IMG/VR virus record: IMGVR_UViG_3300023720_000218
From: a virus
Direction: 5' to 3' (one strand)
Length of the DNA stretch: 64,000 nt
Part shown: in pieces, positions 55,470 to 64,000 of the stretch
Numbering within the stretch: the stretch's first letter is position 1
How the letters are laid out: the number at the start of each line of letters is the position of its first letter
Notes under the pieces: model-generated
What the model saw: only the letters and a program-made list of their open reading frames with translations
What the model was told of the DNA's origin: nothing
Databases searched by the model: none
Made by a program: the position numbers and the translations under genes

Positions 55470-56492
55470 TTAATTAAAATGACATTCTGCCAAAACATCA
55501 ACATCATATTGAGTCCCGTTTCTGTCAGTTTCCGTTGTTGTTACAGATATAGAATTTGTTGTAGAATGTTTCAAACTCTTCCAGTTTTCCTTATCCATCA
55601 CATCCATAGTCCACGATGCGGAAGTAGGAGTATAAGTTGACCCCGTAGTCATATTTACAATCTTGGCACTTACTGTAACGGGTTGTCCGGTATCAACCTC
55701 TTTGTTGGAAGAAGTTATATAACATACAATTTGAAATTCATCTGCCGTATCAATGATACGTACCCCGGCACGTGCTATCGGTTGTGAAGCACTTGAAGAC
55801 TGATAAACTTCTGCTATGAATAACTGGGTACCGTCCACATCACCACGGGTAACAGTTACACTTTTCTGTCCGTTCTTATCAGTCCAAGCCGCCGTGTCCT
55901 TATACCATTTTATATAGTAATCGGTAATGGCATTGGCACCGGCATACAGCTTGGTAGTCAGAGTACAACTTGTTACTTTGCTTGTTAACTGTTCGGTACT
56001 TGCAAGAATAGCAAGATAGTAAGAGCTGGCTCCCATATTCTGAATGGCAATAGGCAGTTCCCCGGTCAAATTATACTCAACACCTGCCGTAGAAGCGACA
56101 CATGAATAAGTCAATGTATCTCCTGCAATATTCGTTTTGCTTGCCAAGTTTCCGACAATTTTAATGGCACCGGTACTGGTATTCAAAGAGAATTTGCCCG
56201 TACTGTCTTTTTTCCAACCTCCACTTTCCGCACCGTTAAAATTTAAAGCCACTCCATTGTAAGCCCAACTATGACCAGACAAACTGACCGCCAACCCACG
56301 TGCCGAAGTTACTTTGGGTGTCCGTACCGGCTGATTCGCAGCTATACTCCAATCAGGAGAGACAGCCCCACTTTCTTCATCTACGGCCTGAAACAATGGA
56401 ATGCCATTATTTTCAAAAGTCAGCATCAGGCTGTCATTGGAACGAAGACGTTTAATCGTGATGCTATTTTGGGCACTATAATTTTCTGCCAT
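55470..56492 (-). CDS. hypothetical tail/baseplate protein
   Basis: 340 aa, Thr/Ser/Gly-rich, in the tail block. Confidence 0.35.
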   Translation of the reverse strand: MAENYSAQNSITIKRLRSNDSLMLTFENNGIPLFQAVDEESGAVSPDWSIAANQPVRTPKVTSARGLAVSLSGHSWAYNGVALNFNGAESGGWKKDSTGKFSLNTSTGAIKIVGNLASKTNIAGDTLTYSCVASTAGVEYNLTGELPIAIQNMGASSYYLAILASTEQLTSKVTSCTLTTKLYAGANAITDYYIKWYKDTAAWTDKNGQKSVTVTRGDVDGTQLFIAEVYQSSSASQPIARAGVRIIDTADEFQIVCYITSSNKEVDTGQPVTVSAKIVNMTTGSTYTPTSASWTMDVMDKENWKSLKHSTTNSISVTTTETDRNGTQYDVDVLAECHFN

Positions 56493-56710
56493 ATTCCCAA
56501 CCTCCTTCTGATATAATTTGATTCATGCTTGTATTAGTATAAACGATACCGTCCAACAACAGTATTCTATCTTCCAGTTCTCCATCAAGAGAAGGCAGGC
56601 ACATTACCTCCTTTTCATTCAAGATGATGGATTCTCCCTTTACCAAGTGCCCCAACAACAGAACCCCGGCATCCAAAGCCTTTTCCTTATTTGCTACAAC
56701 ATACCTCATA

Positions 56711-57916
56711 TCAATTATTTATATATATGTTCCCGTTACTGTCCGTATATTCATTTGTCCCATCAGTCAATACAGAGAAAGCCTTTTTTTGCTCGGCCTT
56801 AATGTACACGTCCAACCAATCGTCAAGATAAGTTTCACCAATACCGGTTCCATCCAACATTATCACAGTTTTTTCCCCCTCCTGCCATTGTACCCCGGTC
56901 TTATTTGCACTGTCCGTAAACCATACCATGCGGATAATCGGTGCCGGTATCGGCACAATTTCTCCATTCCACTGTACCATAGCTATATTCCTATGCAGGA
57001 TTTCATCAGGATTGATGGAAGCCTGACTTGCCGGTATGCACGTAAATTTTGGATAAACACGATTGACGGAGAATTGCTGTCTTGCAACCTCCTTTCCACC
57101 AACCTTCACCAACAGCAAGTAATCCCCCTTCTCGACCAAACGCAAGTCCATTATCAGGCTGGTTAAGGACAAAGCCACTATTTCATGGTTTGCGGTAGTC
57201 AGCATTGTTTGACTTGATATGCTGTTCACCTGATAAAGTTCAATTGTATATCCGGTAGTTATTTTATTCACTCCCTTTGTTACCATAAGTGGAATGGTGC
57301 GCTCGTATGAATTTTCATCCAAAGCTGCATTCCTATTGGCCGTAGATGCGGAAATCAAATTGTTGGCTACCTTGTAATCATACAACAAAAGCTTGTCAAG
57401 AAATGGATTGTACTGGATTATCTGACTATCCCCAATAGACAAACCGTAGGTATCTTCACTCTTATCTACCGTTGTCAACATGATAGAGTCAGTCTTAACG
57501 GGAATATTCACCCCAAGCCGGGTATCAGCTATCAGACCTTCAAAATACAACTCAAAACTTTCACCCGGAGCCACATTTCTGCTTATGGTAATGGCACCGC
57601 GTGTATCTCCAACCGTATCTATACTGTACTTCCCATTCCATGAACTGATTGCAGAAATATTCTCTCCATTAGCAAACCAGTTCATTTCTGCCAACAAAGA
57701 ATTAACATAAGGCATATCCCAGCTACCGTCAGCGGCATTCGCTATGACTTCCGGTAAAATCACCAGTGGAGTAACCCCACGGTCAGGATCATATTCATTT
57801 GCCACCGGATTATAGACCTGATTGGCCGGACTGTTCGGTGTCATTATCTTCAAGCTTACTGCAATCGTAAGCGGTTGAAACTCTTTTCTGATTCTTTTCT
57901 TTTCACTCTCTATCAT
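56711..57916 (-). CDS. hypothetical tail/baseplate protein
   Basis: 401 aa. Confidence 0.35.
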   Translation of the reverse strand: MIESEKKRIRKEFQPLTIAVSLKIMTPNSPANQVYNPVANEYDPDRGVTPLVILPEVIANAADGSWDMPYVNSLLAEMNWFANGENISAISSWNGKYSIDTVGDTRGAITISRNVAPGESFELYFEGLIADTRLGVNIPVKTDSIMLTTVDKSEDTYGLSIGDSQIIQYNPFLDKLLLYDYKVANNLISASTANRNAALDENSYERTIPLMVTKGVNKITTGYTIELYQVNSISSQTMLTTANHEIVALSLTSLIMDLRLVEKGDYLLLVKVGGKEVARQQFSVNRVYPKFTCIPASQASINPDEILHRNIAMVQWNGEIVPIPAPIIRMVWFTDSANKTGVQWQEGEKTVIMLDGTGIGETYLDDWLDVYIKAEQKKAFSVLTDGTNEYTDSNGNIYINN

Positions 57917-60810
57917 ATCGTCACAATTGCTTCTACTGATGCAGTATCATTTGTTGCCGTTATGGTAAACAAGGTACTTACCACTGTTACTGAATTATTT
58001 CCTAAATCACTAATTCCCTTTGTGTTATGTATCGTTATTGAACCGTTGAAATCCTTATGCTTGATATTCCAAGCTTCATCATCGGCGGTATCTCCACTAT
58101 CCCTTCGGATAGCCCATTGTCTAACTGTGTCTGTAATATCCTCCCAACCTTTAAAGACCTTGCAAGTAATTTCCATTGATTCACCATAAGCAAGAAAATT
58201 GTCACCTTGCGTATCAATCTCAATGCGTACCGGTGCATCTATCTGTAACTGTTCGATTGTGCCGGTCATATAAATGTTATTCAGATAAGCAGAATAACCG
58301 GTCATATCCAACCCGAAGATGTTGAGATTGCTCAAATCCCCATCCTGCATTGCAACCATACTCTTTGTAAACTCCCAGTCATTTACCCCTACCAAGAAAC
58401 GGCGGTATGTCCTCGTCTCATAAGCGGAAGTCTGGCGTTCCTTGTTTGTAAAGTTGCCATAAGCGACAAAATGCAAAGCCTCACACGGATGGAAAGAATA
58501 TTGCCAACGATCAGAAACACCACGAAGCACATAGCGAAACCTTTTGTTTGTTCCGGCATCCAATATTTCTGTAATACGAAAATAGATTGTACAGAAACCG
58601 GCAAACATACGGTTGCCACGGCTATCATCTATATCAGATACCGCATTATTCCCCGGCGTTTCATAGTCATGGAAATACCCCATGCAAATATCATCCACAG
58701 CCACAGCACCTATTTCACCGTCTTGTAATTTCAAACTTATTGTCCCGGAACGTAGCAAGTTACCATCAGCATCATAATCAGGCTCAACACTCTCTATAAT
58801 TCCAGCACCGGGAGAACGCCATTTGTCACCAAGCACAATTTCAGCACGGTTAAAACGCAATTCCGGCACCTCTAAAAACCTGCGTAACGTGAGGCTTTCC
58901 ATATACCCACGTCCCATGCTGTCTATTTTCGCCCCAAAGCCGGTCAAACCCTCTGCAAAACCGCTTGCACCAAAGATAGCACCGGCTAAGAAGCCGATAA
59001 GCCCAGCTGCCGTATCATTGTGGGTGCGCGAAAGAAAAAGCTGATTGCCCAGTGAACGGATGATAGACTGTATCTGTTGGGTATTCAAGCCACCGGTTCC
59101 CTGCCCACCACTTGCAATAGAGTCTATCTGATTTTGGATTTTTTCAAGCGATCCAACAGCCTTTTCCTCCCGAAGTGTCATAGTGTACTTCGGTATCATA
59201 TCTTCTCCCTCTTTGATAATAAGGGTATCAATAATGATGCTGCCTTCAATACCAAGATCGCTATCAGTGAATAGCATCAAGTCCCCTTCTTTCAAAGTAT
59301 CATGTATGCTTGCTTCCCCCCTTGCAACAGCCTCATCATGTTGGCGTGCCATGAAAATATCATCCACCTTCGGTTCATACGAATAGCGCACATAGTCATT
59401 CTTTGCAAGATATTTTTTCGCGGTAGCAAGCAACCGTTGTGAAGCGGCCTGAATATAAACGTCCGGCATATCAATATAAAGCAGGACAAACTTGTCACCG
59501 GACTTTATATTGTAATCCTTGTATGGGAAATATAATTTCAGACTTTCATCATATACACGGTTACAAGTCAGCACATATTTATTGCCCTTCTTCTCACATT
59601 TGGTTATTTCAAAATCCCGGCCACCACACATGCCGTTTTTCATGCTAATGGTGGCTGTTTCAGAAGTCAGGTAATCGTTTATATTGAAACCAACATCTTT
59701 TAGCGTTATTGTAAAAGGTGGGACATCTTCACCTTCCTTCAGGCTATCCATTGTACCATCATCTGTCAGTTGTTCGGCATCAGCCACTTCGTCAAGATTG
59801 CCATTATCCCCGGCATCCAATGATACATAAATACCTGCATCTTTCAACTGTTCGGCGGTCATACCTTCCATTGAAGGACATATTTCCTCCAAACCACCGG
59901 TACCGTCAAAATAAACACTCCCTTCCCGAATGCCAAGCACAGCAATATTCTTACTGTCAATATATGGATCAAGCGTTGTCTTAGGAAAATCAGGTAACAT
60001 CAGATTTTCCACGGCCATGTTATTCGGCAAATAATTGGTAAGAGAACTGTTTGAGAGCTTATTATAATACCGGTTAGGCATATTTCTTGTACTACCGTAT
60101 GCACGCAATCGCGTAATAATCTGTTGATCCGCATCGGCTGTACGTTGAATTTCGTACAAACCGTTTCCACGTCCATACTTGAAAATATTGCCCACAGCAA
60201 TACCGGCAGTACCGATTGTTATTGTTCGGCCACGAATAACAAAGTTCGCACCAAATTTTGAATTGAACAACTCCAATGCACCCCATACCTTTATATTGTT
60301 CACATCAATGTTTACATTGGTAGTGCTCACATATTCAGGGTGTACGGCAACCGTCCATTTTTGTGCTCCGGTATATATACGGTCAAGATTTACTTGAACA
60401 CGGTCTGCCAAATCTTGTATAGACGAAGCGAAGAAACTGAACTTAGGCAAAGAAGTGAAGTGTATCTGATTATCACTTTTCACATAATCAAGAAAATCAC
60501 ATCGCGTCAATTCATCTCCCGGCCAGTTGAACTTTACGTTATCATAGACAAACGCTTCTCCCGAAGTTTTTCTTGCCGCCTTTTTTAATGCCGTAGGATC
60601 ATAGTTTATCTCAAACTTCTCACCACGGTACATAACATAGTCACCTATCTCAAAAAGAATGGGTACGGCACTTTTCAGAGTGCTTGTCACAAAACATGCA
60701 CCCATCCATGTACCATTATACTCCAAACCTTTCAGTGTACAACGTACCGTATTGCCAGTTTTATCATAAACCTTCCATGCCATACAGCTATACTTTTTCA
60801 ACCAATGCAA
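57913..60810 (-). CDS. large tail protein (baseplate hub / tail-tip, Tal-like)
   Basis: 965 aa, the largest ORF in the tail block, following a 172-aa Dit-like ORF. Confidence 0.4.
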   Translation of the reverse strand: MHWLKKYSCMAWKVYDKTGNTVRCTLKGLEYNGTWMGACFVTSTLKSAVPILFEIGDYVMYRGEKFEINYDPTALKKAARKTSGEAFVYDNVKFNWPGDELTRCDFLDYVKSDNQIHFTSLPKFSFFASSIQDLADRVQVNLDRIYTGAQKWTVAVHPEYVSTTNVNIDVNNIKVWGALELFNSKFGANFVIRGRTITIGTAGIAVGNIFKYGRGNGLYEIQRTADADQQIITRLRAYGSTRNMPNRYYNKLSNSSLTNYLPNNMAVENLMLPDFPKTTLDPYIDSKNIAVLGIREGSVYFDGTGGLEEICPSMEGMTAEQLKDAGIYVSLDAGDNGNLDEVADAEQLTDDGTMDSLKEGEDVPPFTITLKDVGFNINDYLTSETATISMKNGMCGGRDFEITKCEKKGNKYVLTCNRVYDESLKLYFPYKDYNIKSGDKFVLLYIDMPDVYIQAASQRLLATAKKYLAKNDYVRYSYEPKVDDIFMARQHDEAVARGEASIHDTLKEGDLMLFTDSDLGIEGSIIIDTLIIKEGEDMIPKYTMTLREEKAVGSLEKIQNQIDSIASGGQGTGGLNTQQIQSIIRSLGNQLFLSRTHNDTAAGLIGFLAGAIFGASGFAEGLTGFGAKIDSMGRGYMESLTLRRFLEVPELRFNRAEIVLGDKWRSPGAGIIESVEPDYDADGNLLRSGTISLKLQDGEIGAVAVDDICMGYFHDYETPGNNAVSDIDDSRGNRMFAGFCTIYFRITEILDAGTNKRFRYVLRGVSDRWQYSFHPCEALHFVAYGNFTNKERQTSAYETRTYRRFLVGVNDWEFTKSMVAMQDGDLSNLNIFGLDMTGYSAYLNNIYMTGTIEQLQIDAPVRIEIDTQGDNFLAYGESMEITCKVFKGWEDITDTVRQWAIRRDSGDTADDEAWNIKHKDFNGSITIHNTKGISDLGNNSVTVVSTLFTITATNDTASVEAIVTI

Positions 60811-61306
60811 CTATCTTTGTCGGTTCCGCAACACTATACGAGGGGATTATTTGAGTTCGAGGATCAGTTACTCTGAATTTTACCGGGAAGGTCAAGACTT
60901 CATCCATATTGGACTTATTAAATTCAAAATCTCCAACCTCCAGTAAGTAAAGTCCTTGCCGCCCGATACCCGTGTGCGAGTTATATATTTTCAAGGTGGC
61001 ACCGTCACCATTTTCTCCCGTGAGATAGTTTTGAAAGGCCATAATTTTATCGTATGCAGTACCCAAATCTCCCTTATAGCACATCTCGGCTTCCAAGTCG
61101 TATGCCTTTAATAGCAGCTTATCGGGTATGTAAGTATCTTCACCGTCTTCATCCGGCCAATCCCGTTTGGGTAAATCTTTCGTTTCCCCACCCGGCTTGA
61201 ACGGAAATTCTGTGCACACAATTCCAAAATGCGCCAAGCTGTCTTTGACTGGAGCATTCTCGGTAGTTTTCTGCATCAAAATAGAATACGGTTCGTTCAT
61301 ATACAT
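60788..61306 (-). CDS. tail protein (distal-tail-protein-like, by position)
   Basis: 172 aa, first gene of the minus-strand tail block. Confidence 0.3.
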   Translation of the reverse strand: MYMNEPYSILMQKTTENAPVKDSLAHFGIVCTEFPFKPGGETKDLPKRDWPDEDGEDTYIPDKLLLKAYDLEAEMCYKGDLGTAYDKIMAFQNYLTGENGDGATLKIYNSHTGIGRQGLYLLEVGDFEFNKSNMDEVLTFPVKFRVTDPRTQIIPSYSVAEPTKIVALVEKV

Positions 61307-61568
61307 ATATTAAAAAAGAGCTTGCCGCAGAGATATTTAGTCTCCACAACAAGCTCTATGGCCTTATACTTTAATCTTATTTCAACGCAAATATAATTGT
61401 ATTTTCTATATAATCATAGAAAATAATGCCATAAAAGCATTTTTTAGTAGATTATTATACTCAACCCCTAACTTGCTTCCACGTGTATGTTGAAAAACAT
61501 AAAAAATATCATTTGTCATAATTTTATTTATTAATACTTTTGCATTTAATTATAAAAGAGGTTATTAT

Positions 61569-61709
61569 ATGTTAGGAGTTTTAGTTTGGATAGTAGTGAT
61601 TCTTCTGATCTGCTTTAGTGTTTTCGGAGGGCCATGTCTATTACCACTATACGTACTTTTTGTGGTGGTGGTAGGTTTTTATTTTGGTGTAAAATATTTA
61701 GATATATGA
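61569..61709 (+). CDS. small hydrophobic membrane peptide, paralogue of 17052..17192
   Basis: 46 aa with about 60% identity to the first copy. Its stop overlaps the next ATG (ATGA). Confidence 0.4.
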   Translation: MLGVLVWIVVILLICFSVFGGPCLLPLYVLFVVVVGFYFGVKYLDI

Positions 61710-61927
61710 TAGAAAAGGAACAAAAAGCTAAAAGAGTGTATCATCGAACAAAACCTGCGAGTAAAAGTAAGGTTCGGGCTATCAGATTTGATTTAGACTT
61801 GGTAGAGTTTATAAATCTACAACCAAACGTAAGTCTATTTATAAATGACCTTATTCGGAGAGAAAAAGAAAAAATAGAAAGAATGAAAGCTATTGAAGTT
61901 CGTGAAATTTTAAAAGAAATGGAATAA
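61706..61927 (+). CDS. RHH-like small DNA-binding protein, paralogue of 18934..19116
   Basis: MIEKEQKAKRVYHRTKPASKSKVRAIRFDLDLVEFINLQPNVSLFINDLIRREKEK…. The ORF track's longer frame starts inside the preceding peptide gene. Confidence 0.4.
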   Translation: MIEKEQKAKRVYHRTKPASKSKVRAIRFDLDLVEFINLQPNVSLFINDLIRREKEKIERMKAIEVREILKEME

Positions 61928-62394
61928 TGAAAAACATTTTACTTTTACTGTTCATATCATATTTTATTATTAGTTGCAGTAGTAATACAAAAACGCCATT
62001 TGAAGAAGAAGCATATAAAATGCTTAAAACTGAAATTAGTGATACGTTTTCCAGCGTAGGAAACGATGTTGATATATTAAATACCAGTACAGAGTATTAT
62101 ACAGATTCATTATGTGTAATAAAACTATCTGTCAAAGGGAAAAATGAACTTGGAGGAAAAACTTCAAATGTGTTTGAATATATATATTTAAAAGAAGATG
62201 ATAGTTCGACTATGGGATTTCTTAGAGAAATACAAAAAAATGATTCTTCATTGATGAAAGTAGCTGATATTGAAAGTGAAGACTCCAAATGGAATAATAA
62301 ATCATTTGATGAAAAGTTATACCATCTATGTAGAGTTTATGCTGCTACCAAGGCTTACGCTAAACAGCTTAAAAAAAAATACAAACTAAATTAG
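61927..62394 (+). CDS. lipoprotein of unknown function
   Basis: Signal peptide with lipobox (LFISYFIISCSS). 155 aa in a very AT-rich context. Confidence 0.45.
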   Translation: MKNILLLLFISYFIISCSSNTKTPFEEEAYKMLKTEISDTFSSVGNDVDILNTSTEYYTDSLCVIKLSVKGKNELGGKTSNVFEYIYLKEDDSSTMGFLREIQKNDSSLMKVADIESEDSKWNNKSFDEKLYHLCRVYAATKAYAKQLKKKYKLN

Positions 62395-62429
62395 GTGAAC
62401 ATAGTTAGTAATAAAATCATGAATGAGTA

Positions 62430-62460
62430 GGGCTGGCTCCAAAGTCAGCCCAATTTATTT
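62430..62460 (+). terminator. rho-independent terminator
   Basis: GGGCTG-GCTCCAAAGT-CAGCCC followed by AATTTATTTG. Confidence 0.4.
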
Positions 62461-62719
62461 GTTATGTATTGAAAAGAATCGCAAATTACCTCTTGATTGT
62501 ATAAGAACGGAATTACGTTCTTTTAGTTTTTCCTCTGTAATTAAGTTTTTTACGAATTGTTTAGTAGAATCGTTTCTGTATAGCGCACCATCTGTTTCTG
62601 CTGCCCACTATGTTTATTCCATTAACTTTACCGAAAAATGACGATTTAAAATTTGCTTATTACAGTATATTGTCAAAAACTCGATTCTTCTGAATTTTCA
62701 GAGAAATAAATAGTGAACG

Positions 62720-63550
62720 CTATGCTACTGGTATTAATTCACCCTTAATCAGCTTTATGGCTTTCTTTACGTCCCAACCGCTTTCGCATAATGCGATGAT
62801 AAAACGTACACCTTTCGTAGTCCATACAGTATAAACATTTGTTCCTATCGAGCCATCCGAACGTGTGTACGTCTGTGTACGTGTAGAGTGTAGTCCCCAA
62901 GTAGAATAAGGAGTATGCAATAACCATTGTCCGCTTTGTCGGTAGATGACTCCGATTTCTTTCAGCTTCTTATGCAGCTTTTCGGCATCCATTCCTATCT
63001 GCTTGGCGACTTGTGTGCTCGTCTGGGTGTTTACACTCTGCAAGTGGTTATCATAATAGCTGACCTTCGGAGCGGCTTGAAGCAACTGCTCTTCTTGCAA
63101 TGCGTTCTGTTGTTCAAGACGTTGCTTCTCTTCTCGCTCGTTCTTTAATTGTGTTGCAAGACTGATAACAAGGTCGGGATTGTTTATCATTTGCTCCAAA
63201 GTTGGCTGCATGGCGGTCATGCCATATTGAAGTAACTCTTTGATACGCTTATTACACCATATAGCAAATGATGGAGATAACCAACGGGCAAATTCCAATG
63301 CTACATCTTCGTGAAGCCATGTGCCTTGTTCGCTATTACCACCTTTAACTACTTGAATTAGTGCCGATATGGGAATATGCATATCGGCTGAAAGTGCTTC
63401 TGTGAACTCGGTAGTAGCTTTCAATCTAAGCCAATCCCCTACTAATTTACCAAACGGCTTTGCCATTTCTGTTGCATTTACCATTACATTATCATCTTTA
63501 TAAAAAGTGATAGGGCTTCCATTATATTGAAAAATTTGATTTGTTTTCAT
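62720..63550 (-). CDS. KilA-N / Bro-N domain antirepressor-like protein
   Basis: N-terminal …IFQYNGSPITFYKDDNVMVNATEMAKPFGK…WLR… is a typical KilA-N pattern. It has a C-terminal coiled coil and a Bro-C-like region. Confidence 0.55.
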   Translation of the reverse strand: MKTNQIFQYNGSPITFYKDDNVMVNATEMAKPFGKLVGDWLRLKATTEFTEALSADMHIPISALIQVVKGGNSEQGTWLHEDVALEFARWLSPSFAIWCNKRIKELLQYGMTAMQPTLEQMINNPDLVISLATQLKNEREEKQRLEQQNALQEEQLLQAAPKVSYYDNHLQSVNTQTSTQVAKQIGMDAEKLHKKLKEIGVIYRQSGQWLLHTPYSTWGLHSTRTQTYTRSDGSIGTNVYTVWTTKGVRFIIALCESGWDVKKAIKLIKGELIPVA

Positions 63551-63559
63551 ATTATAAAT

Positions 63560-63931
63560 TTAGATTTTACTTAACAAAGATTTCTCCCTTTTACGGGAAA
63601 GCTCACGCTTGTTTTCTTCAAGTTCTTCCCAACGATTAATAATTTTGGCTCGTAAGTTTGCATCATAACCACTTGCGAGAAGAAGGCAATCCTTTTTGGT
63701 GAGAATGTAACAAGACACTTCTTTGCTTCCACCGTTTGGCATAGGTTGAGGTCTTGATGATAATTCAAAACTGAATTGTCGTCTATCTTCCAGTTGTTCA
63801 AGGATATTGCGAATATCTCGCATTACATTTGAATGAGTTTTGCCCGTAATTTCTGCAATCTGCAAGGAGGTCATTGTTCTTTTTTTACCTTTTCCCTCAT
63901 CAATAGGTATTAACTGATTAAAATTTTCCAT
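63560..63931 (-). CDS. Rha-family phage regulatory protein
   Basis: …TMTSLQIAEITGKTHSNVMRDIRNILEQL… matches the conserved Rha N-terminal HTH. Confidence 0.55.
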   Translation of the reverse strand: MENFNQLIPIDEGKGKKRTMTSLQIAEITGKTHSNVMRDIRNILEQLEDRRQFSFELSSRPQPMPNGGSKEVSCYILTKKDCLLLASGYDANLRAKIINRWEELEENKRELSRKREKSLLSKI

Positions 63932-64000
63932 ATCTTTGCACTATAAAGTTAATGTTTTCCCCATCAGCGGCTCGGACATCTCCGCTTTTGGGGAATTATT

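Noticed and set aside
61307-61568. AT-rich 260-bp gap before the second peptide/RHH module, checked for CCGAACTAT-type repeats
   Set aside because: No copies of the 18.5-kb repeat family are present. It is likely just a promoter region.
1-64000. CRISPR arrays, rRNA genes, transposase/IS elements
   Set aside because: Looked for regularly spaced direct repeats with unique spacers, rRNA-like conserved blocks, and DDE/transposase motifs. None was seen; the repeats found are iterons, DGR repeats and dispersed motifs instead.

Overview
This window is an internal segment of a large temperate Bacteroidales-type tailed phage or prophage. Both edges are still inside phage genes, and the sequence is AT-rich with Bacteroides-style tyrosine integrases.

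Layout:
- 1-4306 (- strand): head and head-tail module, with a scaffold, a ~397-aa capsid-like protein and four small connector proteins.
- 4340-5181 (- strand): an array of eight tRNAs, including an initiator tRNA.
- 5560-8657 (+ strand): terminase large subunit and portal.
- 9140-12774 (- strand): Mu-F-like head morphogenesis protein and a P4-type primase / SF3 helicase.
- 13016-13600: an AT-rich region with ACTATACAT iterons, a candidate origin.
- 13600-19100: a CpG-rich module of unknown genes, including a DnaN-like clamp domain protein.
- 19900-24600: a P-loop ATPase, a small tyrosine recombinase, an integrase, and a CI/LexA-type S24 repressor with a second HTH protein.
- 25300-47980 (+ strand): an early region with an Exo/RecT pair, HU, a RuvC-like resolvase, an NrdG-like radical-SAM protein, three DNA methyltransferases, a PAPS-reductase-like protein, RtcB and MazG.
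- 48020-61306 (- strand): tail-fibre, baseplate and lysis-like genes.
- 61569-63931: a duplicated small-membrane-peptide + RHH module, a lipoprotein, and KilA-N and Rha regulators.

The most notable system is a diversity-generating retroelement (DGR):
- The template repeat is at 53899-54006 and is full of AAY codons.
- An adenine-specifically diversified variable repeat sits at the C-terminus of a tail-fibre-like gene (54182-54293).
- A second, remote variable repeat lies 16 kb away in a small + strand gene (37565-37676).
- The DGR-type reverse transcriptase has the I-G-x-x-x-S-Q and YxDD motifs, but its frame is broken twice in this sequence.

The second notable signal is a set of long G/C homopolymer tracts (8-9 nt) plus a G6 tract in the Dam gene, which are very unexpected in this AT-rich genome. 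Several of them sit exactly at frame breaks or start regions of DNA-modification genes (C5-MTase, PAPS-reductase-like, Dam) and a zinc-ribbon gene. This suggests slippage-based phase variation, or systematic homopolymer sequencing error.

Functional calls come from motifs I recognised by eye; no database searches were possible.
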